Shown: piece after piece, positions 30,533 through 41,280 of the stretch
How positions within the stretch are numbered: the first letter of the stretch is position 1
Layout: each line of letters starts with the position of its first letter
Assembly: GCA_963796285.1 (NCBI GenBank)
Contig: CAWCKW010000012.1
Coordinates: 512,001-576,000, forward strand
Length of the DNA: 64,000 bases
Direction of reading: 5' to 3'
Origin: Nitrospirota bacterium
Lineage (GTDB): Bacteria; Nitrospirota; UBA9217
Made by a program: the position numbers and the translations under genes
Notes under the pieces: model-generated
Told to the model about the DNA's origin: nothing
The model's database searches: none
What the model saw: only the letters and a program-made list of their open reading frames with translations

Positions 30533-31684
30533 CTAAGGACGCTTCGCGGTTTTTTTGCGGGGCGTGTTCACGCTTATTACACCCAGGGTGTTTATCGCGG
30601 TCCTTTCCCAGGTAAAGGTCTTTGCCCTCTGCATGCCTGCCTCAATGAGATTCATCCGTAAGTCCTTGTCCCTGAAAACAGATAAAATTCCCCGTGCAAT
30701 AGCAGCCGGATCGTAGGGGTCCACCAGGAGAGCCGCGTTTCCCGCAATCTCGATAAGCGGCTCTATCCGGGAACACACGACGGGCACGCCGCTCGCCATT
30801 GCTTCGAGTATCGGAAGGCCGAATCCTTCATGAAGAGAGGGAAATACGAATATCTCCGCTCCCCGATACAAGAAAGGAATGTCCTCAAACGGGATCCAGC
30901 CGAGCAGGATGACGTTGTTTTGCAGGCCTAACTCCAATATCAAATCCGCCAGAGCATCCTGTCCTGTGTCCCAAGCGCCGGATAGTACCAGTTTTGTTCC
31001 AGGCAGCTCTTGTACTATTTCTTTGAATGCCTGCAAAAGCCGCGCATGGTTCTTATGGGGTAGCAAGGCAGCGGCGTAGAGCAGATAGCGTTCCGGCAAA
31101 TTATACTTCGTCCTGAACAATGACTGGGTGTCGCCGCTCCCCGGGAAGTACAGTTCATGGTCAACGGCCAGGTAGGCGACGGTTATTTTCTCGGCCCCGA
31201 TCTTGTAGTATCTTATAATGTCCTTCTTTGTCTGCCCCGAGATCGTAATGATCCCGTCTGAAGATCTGGCGCTCAGAGAGAGGATCGTTTTGAGAAAAAA
31301 GAGATAGAGACGGGAAAAATTTTGCGGCTGATTGATATGCTGAAGGTCGTAAATAACGAGTACTGACGGAACAGGGCAGACAAAGGGGGACGTCATTCCC
31401 GGGGACAGGAGTACATCGATCTTGTGACGCCAAACCTGAACAGGCAATATGAATTGTTCCCAAAGGATGCGTACCGGGCGCCTGGTCGCTGTCAGGGGAC
31501 AGCGTATGATCTTGACGCGCGGGTCTGTTTCCGGGAAGATCCCCGCGCTTTCCTTGTTGATGAAGATGCAGTACGTATTGTCCCTGTCTGTTTCCAACAG
31601 GCTCCGCACCAGGTTCCTGATGTAGGTTTCAGAACCGCCGACTTTTCCCGGCAGCAGGTACAGCGCGTTGATACCTATCCGCAT
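30533..31684 (-). CDS. Glycosyltransferase family 4
   Basis: HKNH and FPSLHEGFGLPILEAMASGVPV. Confidence 0.92.
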   Translation of the reverse strand: MRIGINALYLLPGKVGGSETYIRNLVRSLLETDRDNTYCIFINKESAGIFPETDPRVKIIRCPLTATRRPVRILWEQFILPVQVWRHKIDVLLSPGMTSPFVCPVPSVLVIYDLQHINQPQNFSRLYLFFLKTILSLSARSSDGIITISGQTKKDIIRYYKIGAEKITVAYLAVDHELYFPGSGDTQSLFRTKYNLPERYLLYAAALLPHKNHARLLQAFKEIVQELPGTKLVLSGAWDTGQDALADLILELGLQNNVILLGWIPFEDIPFLYRGAEIFVFPSLHEGFGLPILEAMASGVPVVCSRIEPLIEIAGNAALLVDPYDPAAIARGILSVFRDKDLRMNLIEAGMQRAKTFTWERTAINTLGVISVNTPRKKTAKRP

Positions 31685-31686
31685 GA

Positions 31687-32634
31687 TCAGTATTCCTTAT
31701 AGATGTCCGTCCATGTTTTGAAAAGCTTCCGAAGATTGGACGGACGCAGCAGCTTCACATCTTCACGTCTGATCCCCCTGTTCAATCTCAGATAGCACGC
31801 TGCTGCATAGGGGAGGGAGAGCAGTACAAGAACAACAGTGGATTTGCCGAGCGCGGCAGGCAGCCTTGCCTGGAGGAGGGCATGACAGTACATGTATACG
31901 CGATTGAGCGGGGCCCAGCCGTAATGCTTCCTCACAATGTCAAGGGCCTCTTTGTGATTGGCCAGGGCCGCTTTTGGGGAAAGCGTTTTCGATTCTTCGT
32001 GCAGCCTGTACGTCGATAGGAATTCAGGCAGATACGTGAACTGATAATTCCCGGCCAGCCTGATCCACAGGTCATAATCCATGACAAAATGGAGGCTCGT
32101 ATCGAGGCCTCCCACACCGTTCAAAGCGCTTTTTCTGAAAAAGGTGGAGGGTTGGCATATGAAGTTGAACTGTGCCAGCCGCTGGTAGTTAAAGGGTGCC
32201 GTCGGATATTTGCCGATGATCACGCCGGCTGCATCCGTAAAGCGGGCCTTGCCGTAGACGACAGCCGCTCTCGGCTCTTCGGCAAAGGTAGTCGCGGCTT
32301 TCCTCAGTGCACCGGGAAAGTAGGTATCGTCGGAATTGAGCCAGGCCACGATTTCCCCTTCGGCCATACGAAAACCCTTCATGAGGGCATCGGTCTGGCC
32401 ACGGTCCTTTTCGCTCAGCCAGCGGTAGCGGATTCCGCGGCATTTGACCGGCCAGGTGCCTTCGTTCATCAGCCGTTCGTAGTGTCTGATGAATTCGACC
32501 GACTCGTCCTTTGAGCCGCCATCGATGATGATATAGTCGAGGGAGAAATCGCCCTCCTGGTTGAGGACGCTTTCGATTGTCTCCCGGAGATAGATTCCCT
32601 GGTTGTATGAAGGCGTGACGATGGAAATCAGCAT
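31687..32634 (-). CDS. Glycosyltransferase family 2
   Basis: SIVTPSYNQG, IDGGSKD, WLNSDD, MDYDLW. Confidence 0.92.
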   Translation of the reverse strand: MLISIVTPSYNQGIYLRETIESVLNQEGDFSLDYIIIDGGSKDESVEFIRHYERLMNEGTWPVKCRGIRYRWLSEKDRGQTDALMKGFRMAEGEIVAWLNSDDTYFPGALRKAATTFAEEPRAAVVYGKARFTDAAGVIIGKYPTAPFNYQRLAQFNFICQPSTFFRKSALNGVGGLDTSLHFVMDYDLWIRLAGNYQFTYLPEFLSTYRLHEESKTLSPKAALANHKEALDIVRKHYGWAPLNRVYMYCHALLQARLPAALGKSTVVLVLLSLPYAAACYLRLNRGIRREDVKLLRPSNLRKLFKTWTDIYKEY

Positions 32635-33572
32635 CAGTAGCTTCGGTGCCCTTCCCGGCTCAACATCATTTGCCAGATTCTTGTACGCAGCATTACTGAT
32701 TCTTTCAAATACGGAACCGGTATGCCCGCTTTTTTCAATAGTGCGAAGCTTTTTTGAAGCGCGGCAAAATAGAGGTCATAGAGACGCAAGCCCTGTTTGC
32801 CGATCTTGTAGAATCGGTAGAGCTGCACCCTGTCCGGGCCCGTAATTCTGATCCCGTGAAAATGGTAAAACACGGGCGAAAGCCCGACCTGCAGTTTATT
32901 CTCCATGTAGTTCACGTTCCACGGTGCAAGTGTTTTTTCCGTCTGCTGAACGATTGCCACTTCGTTCCCGAACAACTCCGGCCAGGAGTCGAGGTACTTC
33001 TGGTCGCCGTATTTCCCGTCTTCATTCCGGTCGAAACACCACTCGATGCAGCGCTCCTGCCACCAGCGCATGACCGTGCTCGCCTGCTCCGTGCGCCTCA
33101 TGGTCAAGAACTGGACGCAGAACCGTCCATTGACCAGTGAAGCACGACTATATTCGGGGGCATAGGCGTGCTCGGTGATCAAGACATGCTTGCCTGAGGC
33201 GTCGAGTTCGTTCAGGAGGATACGCGGGCTGTCAAAAAAATAAAGATCCGCGTCCAGGTAGGTGACCCGCTGGATGTCCTGGTCCCGATCGAGCACCATC
33301 TGAAACGTGAATGGCGTTAATGTCCAGCAATATTCCGCCCTGTTTCTTCCGGGCTTGACAACGAGCAAGTCCCGCGTTTCGACTTCGGCCAGAGGCATCA
33401 ATGTCACGTGCGGCAACGAAATACGTTTCAGCTGTTCCTCCACGCGCACGTCCATGCACAGGATCCACAGGTGGAACGGTTGCGCCTGGGTCATCAGCGA
33501 GTCATGGAGCGCCAGACCCATCGGGAAGAAAATTGCTGTCGAACAGCGTAACAAAATGCTCGACGTGATCAC
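32634..33572 (-). CDS. Putative glycosyltransferase (GT-A DxD; frameshifted N-terminus HFVTLFDSNFL)
   Basis: EYCWTLTP, TYLDADLYFF, YGDQKYLD, APWN, FYHFHG. Confidence 0.7.
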   Translation of the reverse strand: MITSSILLRCSTAIFFPMGLALHDSLMTQAQPFHLWILCMDVRVEEQLKRISLPHVTLMPLAEVETRDLLVVKPGRNRAEYCWTLTPFTFQMVLDRDQDIQRVTYLDADLYFFDSPRILLNELDASGKHVLITEHAYAPEYSRASLVNGRFCVQFLTMRRTEQASTVMRWWQERCIEWCFDRNEDGKYGDQKYLDSWPELFGNEVAIVQQTEKTLAPWNVNYMENKLQVGLSPVFYHFHGIRITGPDRVQLYRFYKIGKQGLRLYDLYFAALQKSFALLKKAGIPVPYLKESVMLRTRIWQMMLSREGHRSY

Positions 33573-34670
33573 TTGGAAGTCATTGAGTGCCTCAATGACC
33601 GATGCTCACGTCATTATCGCTCATCTGCGGATGACAGGGGATGGAGAGACATCGAGTTGCTGCATGGTGTTCGGCGTGTATCAGTCCAATCGGTCCGATT
33701 TTCACATTGGGCAGGGCGTTGATGGTTGACGGGGATCGGGTAATGGATGAGGCTTGCCACTCCCCGTTCCTGCAGATGCGTCGCAAGCCGGTCCCGTTCA
33801 TCGCAGAGGACCACATACAGGTGATACACATGGCTGTCCCGTTCGAGGGGAGACGCCATTATCCGGATACGCGGGTTGCGTATTCCGAGGGAATATGAAG
33901 TCGGCGATCTCTTTGCGGCGTTGGATGTACAGATTCAGCCATCCGAGCCGGGCGGACAGGATGGCCGCCTGCAATTCATCCAGCCGGCTGTTCAACCCCA
34001 GTTCAGGATGATGGTACCGCTGCGCCTGGCCGTAATTCCGCAGTATCCTGGCTTTGTCGGCGATCTCTTCCGCGTTGGTGATATCGCGCCGCCGTCGCCC
34101 ACAGCCCCCAGATTTTTTGTCGGATAAAAGCTGTAGGCCCCAAAGGAGCCGAACGTCCCGGCTACTTTGCCTTGCCATGCCGCGGCATGGGATTGCGCGC
34201 AATCCTCCAGAAGATGAATTCCGGACCGCTCGCAGAGCGCGTCCATCTCTCCATGTTGCGCACCTGACCGTACAGATGCACGAGCAGAACAGCCCTCGTG
34301 CGCGGGGAGATGCAGCGCTCAGCACTGATCGGGATCCAACAGTGCTGTTGCCGGGTCGATATCGGCAAGCACCGGGGTAGCACCGGCCCTGATGATCGCC
34401 AGTACTGTTGCAAACGCGGTCATGGGCGTGGTAATGACCTCATCGCCCTTACCGATCCCGAGCGCGCGCAAGCCGATCTCGATGGCGTCCATGCCGTTGC
34501 CGACGCCGATCGCGTGCTTGTGCTCCACAGCGGGCCGCCCAGCTCGACTCGAACTCTTTCACTTCATTGCCGAGGATATACCAGCCGGAGCGCACCACGC
34601 GCTCAACAGCAGCTAGTTCCTTCTGGATAAGTTCTTCAGGCTCGGCCTTGAAATCGTTCATCAGGATCAT
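33569..34670 (-). CDS. DegT/DnrJ/EryC1/StrS sugar aminotransferase (multiple frameshifts)
   Basis: SGWYILG, GVGNGMDA, TAFATV, VHLYGQ, EDCAQSH, SFYPTKNLGA.GDGG, NSRLDELQAA and HVYHLYV spread over several frames. Confidence 0.88.
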
Positions 34671-35674
34671 TAATTCAACTCCCAGTAGTTCTTACCGTTT
34701 AAAACATAATACTCCAGGGATTTTTTAAGGCCTTCGCGGAGGGAGACACGCGGCGTCCATCCAAGGGCTGTCTTGATCTTCGTGAAATCGCTGTAGTAAT
34801 CGCCGATATCTATTGCCTTGCGATCGGCTGGAAAGGGGACTAGTTGATGCGATCCTTTTCCGAATAGCTCCACCATCATGGCGGCCAGGTCTTTGAGGTT
34901 GACATATTCGGAACTCCCCAGGTTGTATACTTCGCCGTCGGCCTTTGGATTGAGGGCGGCGGCGAGAAACGCGTCAACCACATCATCCACGTAGTTGAAG
35001 TCGCGCATCTGGAGCCCGTCGCCGAACACGAGGATCGGTTTCCCCTCGATCAGGTTCCGGATCCATATGCCGAGAAAGGTCTGGCGTGCGTCCTTAACCC
35101 GCATTCCCGGGCCATAGGTATTGGTCAGGCGCAGGGCGCAGGCCCGGATGGAATACACATTATTGTACAGAAGATGATACCATTCTCCCGCAAGTTTGTT
35201 GATGCCGTTAACATCGACGGGTTTAATAGGGTGCTTTTCATCAACCGGCAGATACTCCGGCTTGCCGTAAAGCTGGCGGGTGCTGGCAAATACGATCTTT
35301 ATTTTCGGGTTGTGTTTGCGGCACGCTTCAAGGATTGACAACTGCGCAGAGGCGTTGATATCAAGGTCTGTCTGGGGGTCGGTCATGGAATCAAGATGGC
35401 TGGTCTGGCCGGCCAGGTTGAATAGATAATCCTGACCCTGAATGAGATGAGCCATAGCGTGCGGGTCGCGCACATCGGTTATATTGACCATCACCCGGTC
35501 CTTAAAATCGTGAATATTGAAAAGATTGCCACCGTACTGCGGGATCAGACTGTCCACCAGGGTGACGTTGGCATCCAATTTTACCGTAAGCCGCCGTGCC
35601 AGCGATGACCCGATGAATCCCAAGCCGCCCGTGATCAGTATGTTCTTGCCGGCAAATGCTTGAAAATTATTCAT
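34670..35674 (-). CDS. NAD-dependent sugar epimerase/dehydratase
   Basis: ITGGLGFIGS, ASTRQLYG, NGINK (variant of YxxxK), RDFNYVDD. Confidence 0.9.
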   Translation of the reverse strand: MNNFQAFAGKNILITGGLGFIGSSLARRLTVKLDANVTLVDSLIPQYGGNLFNIHDFKDRVMVNITDVRDPHAMAHLIQGQDYLFNLAGQTSHLDSMTDPQTDLDINASAQLSILEACRKHNPKIKIVFASTRQLYGKPEYLPVDEKHPIKPVDVNGINKLAGEWYHLLYNNVYSIRACALRLTNTYGPGMRVKDARQTFLGIWIRNLIEGKPILVFGDGLQMRDFNYVDDVVDAFLAAALNPKADGEVYNLGSSEYVNLKDLAAMMVELFGKGSHQLVPFPADRKAIDIGDYYSDFTKIKTALGWTPRVSLREGLKKSLEYYVLNGKNYWELN

Positions 35675-36399
35675 AGGAGCCTCATTTTCTGAGCCAAAAT
35701 TATATTATCGAGGTAGAGATCATTATTACGGGGGAGAATTTTGGAAAGCAGTTCTCCCAGCAGGTTAAAGGGCGCCATGAGAAAAAAAGCTGTCAGGATA
35801 TTCAAGTACCCGTTGGAAGTAACGGTTTTTTTATAAAGGTATCCATTCAACAACTGAAAGATAACCCGGATGTCGTTCATGCTCTTTCTGCTCTCAATGA
35901 CCTTAAAGCCGTGCTTTTCCACTATCGCTATGAGCCCGAACGAGGAATAACGGGCATAGTCATGCGGCTGCTCATGCTCGTCCCAGCAGAAGGGAACGGT
36001 CATGAGCATTTTGCCCTCGGGCTTCAGTACCCGGTTCAGCTCGTTGAGAAAGTCGTCGGGATTGAAAACGTGCTCGAAGACCTCATTGATAACGAGGCTG
36101 TCGAATTCGTGGTCCTGAAAGGGGAAGGTGAGGCCGTCGTAATAGTAATCGGCCTTTTTATTTTGCCTGTTTTCAGGGGAATCTATTTCCAGGCCGATAT
36201 ACTGCGAGGATCTGAACAACCCTTCATACGGTTTTTGCCCGCAGCCGACGTCAAGAATTTTACCCGATATCGTGCCCGCAAGGCTGGAAATGTTTTTATA
36301 CAGTCCCTTTCGGGCAAAATAGAAAGGGTTGATGAACAGACCAGGTACGCCGGGCCGGTACTGTTGTTTATCGTAGTATTTTATTAACGCATCAATCAT
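35671..36399 (-). CDS. Class I SAM-dependent methyltransferase
   Basis: ILDVGCGQKPY, VFEHV, RVLKPEG, HEQPHDY. Confidence 0.9.
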   Translation of the reverse strand: MIDALIKYYDKQQYRPGVPGLFINPFYFARKGLYKNISSLAGTISGKILDVGCGQKPYEGLFRSSQYIGLEIDSPENRQNKKADYYYDGLTFPFQDHEFDSLVINEVFEHVFNPDDFLNELNRVLKPEGKMLMTVPFCWDEHEQPHDYARYSSFGLIAIVEKHGFKVIESRKSMNDIRVIFQLLNGYLYKKTVTSNGYLNILTAFFLMAPFNLLGELLSKILPRNNDLYLDNIILAQKMRLL

Positions 36400-37208
36400 G
36401 AGTTTTTTAATGCAAAAGTAAACCCTTTAAAGACGGAGGGTATGGTCGCATGGTCGTCGGATTCAAAGTCGGCGATTAAATCGTAGTCGACTGATAAAAA
36501 TTTCAAGAATTTATCCAGATTGAAAAACCAGCTTGGATAACTTGCCGGATAGATATCAGCCGGAACTTTCTGGACGGTAATCCTATCATTGCCTGTGTCC
36601 AGAAACGGCGTTCTGTCGAACACCAGGTACTTGATCCTTTTATCAATGATTGTCTGTAATAAGTCGTAGGGCTTCTCAAGGTATTGGATGACGCTTGAAA
36701 GAAGGATGATGTCCGCATGCTGTTCTTTCAGGCAGTCTTCGATGCCGTAATAGAATCTGAGATGTTCATCTTCAAAGTACTGCTTTCCGCATTCCACGAA
36801 GTTCCTTTGCTCAATGATATTCCAGGTCAATTCACGCAGGTGTGACAGCATTTTTCTGTTCTGAAAATAACTGCTCCCGAGGGATCCGCCGAAATCAATC
36901 AGGTTGAGCCTGTTGTCTTCCCGTGAAGCAATCCACAAGAGAGACGCCAGCAGGGGCCACGAATACCGTACCTTTTCGAAAAGAACGGAATCGCGCTCAT
37001 GGGCCGCCGTGCCGTGTTTCACTTTCAGCAAGGCATCCTTGACCTTGTTCAGAATCACGTCGGAATCATAGCCGCCGGAGGCCTTGCGCGCTTCATCCCA
37101 CGTGCTGTAATTCCCGGAAAAAACCGCCGTGCCCATCAGGTTCTGATAAACTTTAAGCACGATCGGAGGGGAGATTTCTTTCGCAATATTTATTAATTGC
37201 CGTTTCAT
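36396..37208 (-). CDS. Methyltransferase, TIGR04325/LIC12133-like
   Basis: HERDSVLF, IDFGGSLGSSYFQ, WNIIEQ, SSVIQY, ASYPSW. Confidence 0.8.
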   Translation of the reverse strand: MKRQLINIAKEISPPIVLKVYQNLMGTAVFSGNYSTWDEARKASGGYDSDVILNKVKDALLKVKHGTAAHERDSVLFEKVRYSWPLLASLLWIASREDNRLNLIDFGGSLGSSYFQNRKMLSHLRELTWNIIEQRNFVECGKQYFEDEHLRFYYGIEDCLKEQHADIILLSSVIQYLEKPYDLLQTIIDKRIKYLVFDRTPFLDTGNDRITVQKVPADIYPASYPSWFFNLDKFLKFLSVDYDLIADFESDDHATIPSVFKGFTFALKNS

Positions 37209-37289
37209 ATGCCTCGGGTTGATCTCCTGCGATTGATGTAATGGTCAAACATGTTTTCCGTGTAACATTCTAAGTGATGCGGCCTTGGC

Positions 37290-38036
37290 TTACTTCCTGA
37301 TCGTGACGGATTGTTTCTCCGCCGGGAAGGAGAGGCAGTGGTAAATGCGTTCCTTATCGTTGTCCGGATCGACCTTCCTGCCCTGCATATCATATAAGTC
37401 ATATCTGGCCGCATAAAGTTCTTTGCGGCCTGACCAGCCTTCCTCATGATGAAACTCAATGAAGAGGATCGGCCGCGCAGTCTGCAACATCTTCGTCATG
37501 CCGCGCAGCGCCAGTGCTTCAGCGCCTTCGATGTCAATCTTAATAAAATGAACGGGAGCGCCGGAGGGGAAATAACGATCCAGGGAGATCGCCGGAATTC
37601 GATAGGCGGCCTCTTGTTTATTCCCGTCCAGATCTTGTCCGACGATGTTCCATTCCTCACTCGCAGATCCGCGGCCAGGGTAAAGGCAAATCTCCGATTC
37701 CGTCCCGTCAGAAATCGCCATGTTTTCGACAATAATGCGCGAAGCCAAACCAGCCAGTTTATTTGCCCGTGAAAATATTCGTGCATTATCGGAAGAAGCC
37801 TCAAAGGCGACGACGCGGCCGCCAGGTCCCACGATCCTGGCCAAACGGCGCGCAATGATCCCCACATTCGCGCCGACGTCAACGCAGGTCCATCCGGGCT
37901 GAATGATTTTACTGATTAGTGTACTTGATTCGCGCTCGTACTCGCCGGAAAACCAGACAATCCAGATCAGCTTGAGCCAGTTCTGAATGGCCGTTGGTGT
38001 CCAGTTCATGATCCGTGATCTCACGTTTGTTTTCAT
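37290..38036 (-). CDS. FkbM-family methyltransferase
   Basis: VDVGANVG, VVAFEA, FIKIDIEGAE. Confidence 0.9.
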   Translation of the reverse strand: MKTNVRSRIMNWTPTAIQNWLKLIWIVWFSGEYERESSTLISKIIQPGWTCVDVGANVGIIARRLARIVGPGGRVVAFEASSDNARIFSRANKLAGLASRIIVENMAISDGTESEICLYPGRGSASEEWNIVGQDLDGNKQEAAYRIPAISLDRYFPSGAPVHFIKIDIEGAEALALRGMTKMLQTARPILFIEFHHEEGWSGRKELYAARYDLYDMQGRKVDPDNDKERIYHCLSFPAEKQSVTIRK

Positions 38037-39083
38037 TCCACGCTCGCAGACTGCGTCTTGTCCCGCTCCAAACATCGCCAGAGGTTGCCGTAAAAGCCAA
38101 CCGGACTGATCCACGTTTCATAGAGGCTTCTGATCGATCGCTGGAGCTCTTCGAACTCCTTGTCGGACATGCTCTTGTGAAACTCCACGATCGCATCGGC
38201 AATCGAGTCGATGTCGTCCGCGTCGATCCAGACACAATACTTTTTCCAATCGATCAAGTGATCAAAGGGCAGAACGCAGTCGGTATCGATGAAAACCGGA
38301 ATCCTCCCGCAGCTCAGCACCTCATATAAACGGTAGGAGAAATTGCCGGCCCCTCTGGTCACCAGCGCGTAATCCGCTTCCACCATGTTTCCGCACATAT
38401 TCGAGGCGGTCACGTTCTCCGCCGCCTCCCTTGAATCCGGTCCGGCCTACGAAGTTCAGGAGAATTCGTTTGTCATGCCGCAGCATCCGGACAGCCCGAC
38501 CGCGGAGCGAGGCCCCGATATTGAGCGGCCTCCCTGACAGGACCCTGAGGCCATAGAACAGGAGGCTCTTCGGACTTCGGTAATCATAGTCAACATAGCC
38601 GCAATAGGCGACCACCGGGGAAGGCCCTTTCTTCCTGACAGAGAGCTTGCCACCAAGGTAGCGGGGGACAAAATCAACTGACCAGCCCGGGAAGGCGAAC
38701 TCGAAAGGTCCCCGGGTAGACCGATAGAATGAAGTCCTGAAGATAATGGCATTGTCGAGGGGAATGGCTTCGTCCGAGTCGCTGTTAAAAAAAACCACAA
38801 CCCTTTTGCCGTTTTTTTCCGCCTCATCCGCCAACCGCGTGGCAAGGTGACTATACGCTTTGTTGCCGGGCCTCCACTCAAAGGGCACTATCGCAACGTC
38901 GGCTTCGGCCAGCGAGGGGACGAGCTCGAAAAATTTTTTGCCGCGTCTGGCGTATTCATCGAATCTCCCCGCGTCCTTGTCTCCGGCTGGTTCTGGAATG
39001 AGTCCCCAGAAAGGGAAGAGGAGCATCACATGCCGCTCTTCTGGCGGAAGATACGCTTTATCCGCATATATTTTCAGTTTCAC
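38033..39083 (-). CDS. Exostosin-family (GT47-like) glycosyltransferase (frameshift near 38390)
   Basis: YALVTRGAGNFSYRLYEVLSCGRIPVFI...LPFDHLIDW. Confidence 0.8.
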
Positions 39084-39181
39084 GCCGCCCTTCCTGTAAC
39101 GTTCATCAAGACCGTATGTTAACCAGCGGTCGTTCCTGCCTGTACGGGTACGTGCTTTCACCAGCTCAAGGCCAAAGCGTA

Positions 39182-40408
39182 TTAATGTATTTTCGTCACA
39201 AAGGTAAAGGCATTCAGAAAACCTTTTATCACCGTATGAATATTTATTTCATTCCTGATGATTTCTGTTGAATGAAGACCCATTTGTTTACGCAGCTGAG
39301 GATGAGCGAACAGATAGGTGATTTTCTCGACCAGATCATCCTCATCATTTTCCTTAAATAACTTTCCGCTGAATTCGTCCCGTACAAGCTTCTTTTCCGT
39401 GCCATCGCATACCGAACAGATGACCGGAAGGCCGAAACTCATGGCATCGTTGATAGAGAGTCCTCCCATTCCGGCCAGGACATAGATGGACGATGCCATG
39501 AGGTACTGCCCCAGGACTTTCGGGTCGTATACCCCTCCCACGAATCTGACGTCGGAAGCGACATGCAGTTGATCCGCAAGTTTCTTCAGTTCATTTTCCA
39601 TGGGGCCGTATCCGACGATAAGCAATTCCGCGTCACGATACTCCTTCTTCACCCTGGCGAACGCGCGAATGAGGAGATCGACTCTCTTCCACTCGACAAG
39701 CCGGCCGACGTGGATCAACCGATGCTCACTTCCGGGCAGGATGGGGTCAACGGAAGCCAGCGACTCCCTGATCTCGAAAAGTTTGTCCGTATCGGGAGAA
39801 TTATACGTAATGAAGATTTTATCCTTGCGAACACCATAGCTCCCGTATATCTCATACGCGTCCTCAACATAGTTAACGTGAGCGTCCGGCACATTGTAGG
39901 CGAACTTCATAAAATAAACATGCGTGAGACGAAGGAGACTTTCAACTCCGATCCAGTGCAATGCCGTGCCAAGCCGGCAGGGAAGTTTTTGCAGGGTGGC
40001 GGTCCTGTCATGAATGTGCGCCCGCGCCTCATCGAATCTCGGCAGCCGGAAAGGGATTGACTGCAGAATAAGTTTAATGCCCTGTCTTTTCATGGCAAGG
40101 ACAACGGGAATATTAAACAAAAATGTCATAAAATGGGCGTCGGAGACCATGACGATGTCCGGTTTTTCATCCGACAGGACTTTCCTGAGCCCCCGGAAGG
40201 AAGAGTAGATGACGAATCGCGTATATTCTTCCAGTTCATAAACCTTGAACGTTACACCCTGCTTCGTTTGATGAACGGCGTCGCCTACATGAACGCTGCT
40301 CGCCCTGGGCACCACGACAATGATTTCAACGCCGGGCGCATCGTTTAATCTGCTTAAGACGAGGTTATAATAATGCGTCAATGCATTCGTTATGTATAAA
40401 ACCTTCAA
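39182..40408 (-). CDS. Glycosyltransferase family 4
   Basis: HVGRLVEWKRVDLLI and GGLSINDAMSFGLPVI; AGGAG RBS before TTG. Confidence 0.9.
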   Translation of the reverse strand: MKVLYITNALTHYYNLVLSRLNDAPGVEIIVVVPRASSVHVGDAVHQTKQGVTFKVYELEEYTRFVIYSSFRGLRKVLSDEKPDIVMVSDAHFMTFLFNIPVVLAMKRQGIKLILQSIPFRLPRFDEARAHIHDRTATLQKLPCRLGTALHWIGVESLLRLTHVYFMKFAYNVPDAHVNYVEDAYEIYGSYGVRKDKIFITYNSPDTDKLFEIRESLASVDPILPGSEHRLIHVGRLVEWKRVDLLIRAFARVKKEYRDAELLIVGYGPMENELKKLADQLHVASDVRFVGGVYDPKVLGQYLMASSIYVLAGMGGLSINDAMSFGLPVICSVCDGTEKKLVRDEFSGKLFKENDEDDLVEKITYLFAHPQLRKQMGLHSTEIIRNEINIHTVIKGFLNAFTFVTKIH

Positions 40409-40482
40409 CTTGTTTCTCCTCGTGCGCAAGCGCATGACTCCGGCCGGACAGACCGGAAAATAACCAGGGAACGTATCGTTCT

Positions 40483-41199
40483 TTATTGGCCCTTCTGAAG
40501 CAAGATGCAACTGATCTGATGAGGCTCGTCTTTATTCACATGCAGGGGAGGACAAATCATCTCGCCGACCGTCCAGTATTCACCCGTGAAAAACCGCCAA
40601 TATTCCTGTTCCAGAATTTTTGCCCGATTTTCGTTCGTCCACAGGTCAAGTTCCTTCCGTGAGTACACCTGGGTGGTAAAGGGAGCATCTCCCTTCACGC
40701 TCGATCCGGCCACTTTATAAACATTTTCAACATAGTTCTTCTCGTTGTACGGAAAAGTCAGAATCAGGTGGCCTCCGGGGTTCAGGAGCGAGAGCATTGA
40801 TCTGACCGCCGCGCGGTGGTCCTTGATGTGCTCGAGGACGCTGATACAGGCAATGAAGTCGAATTTTTTATTCAACCGGGTCTTCGTGATGTCGTCATTG
40901 ATGACGTAGAAATGGCGGTTGACAATTCCCCTCGGCCAATAATCCTTGATATTGTCGATGGACGTGACGACAAAGCCGCAGTTCCTCATGATGTGCGGCA
41001 GGGCAGTAAGCCCTGAACCGACGTCCAATACCGTTTTGGGGCACGTTTTCGTCAATTGTCTGAAAAGAAATTCCAGCTCAACCGGTCTTTCATTGGTGCC
41101 GACAAATTCCTGAGAAAGGTATTCCCTTTTGCAGATCATTTGCGTATACAGCAAACCGATCTTGTTTACAAACATTTTTAAATGATGAGCCACATTCAT
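40483..41199 (-). CDS. Class I SAM-dependent methyltransferase
   Basis: NERPVE, VLDVGSG, ISVLEHI, LLNPGG. Confidence 0.88.
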   Translation of the reverse strand: MNVAHHLKMFVNKIGLLYTQMICKREYLSQEFVGTNERPVELEFLFRQLTKTCPKTVLDVGSGLTALPHIMRNCGFVVTSIDNIKDYWPRGIVNRHFYVINDDITKTRLNKKFDFIACISVLEHIKDHRAAVRSMLSLLNPGGHLILTFPYNEKNYVENVYKVAGSSVKGDAPFTTQVYSRKELDLWTNENRAKILEQEYWRFFTGEYWTVGEMICPPLHVNKDEPHQISCILLQKGQ

Positions 41200-41280
41200 G
41201 AACTGGATCCTTCGGGATTGATCTGTCTACCCATTACAATCGATTGTAAATACTAACCTTGCCATTATGATACTTGTATG

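Noticed and set aside
33569-34670. Aminotransferase as a true pseudogene or programmed frameshift
   Set aside because: All catalytic motifs are retained, no slippery heptamer was seen, and the indels match the window-wide error pattern.
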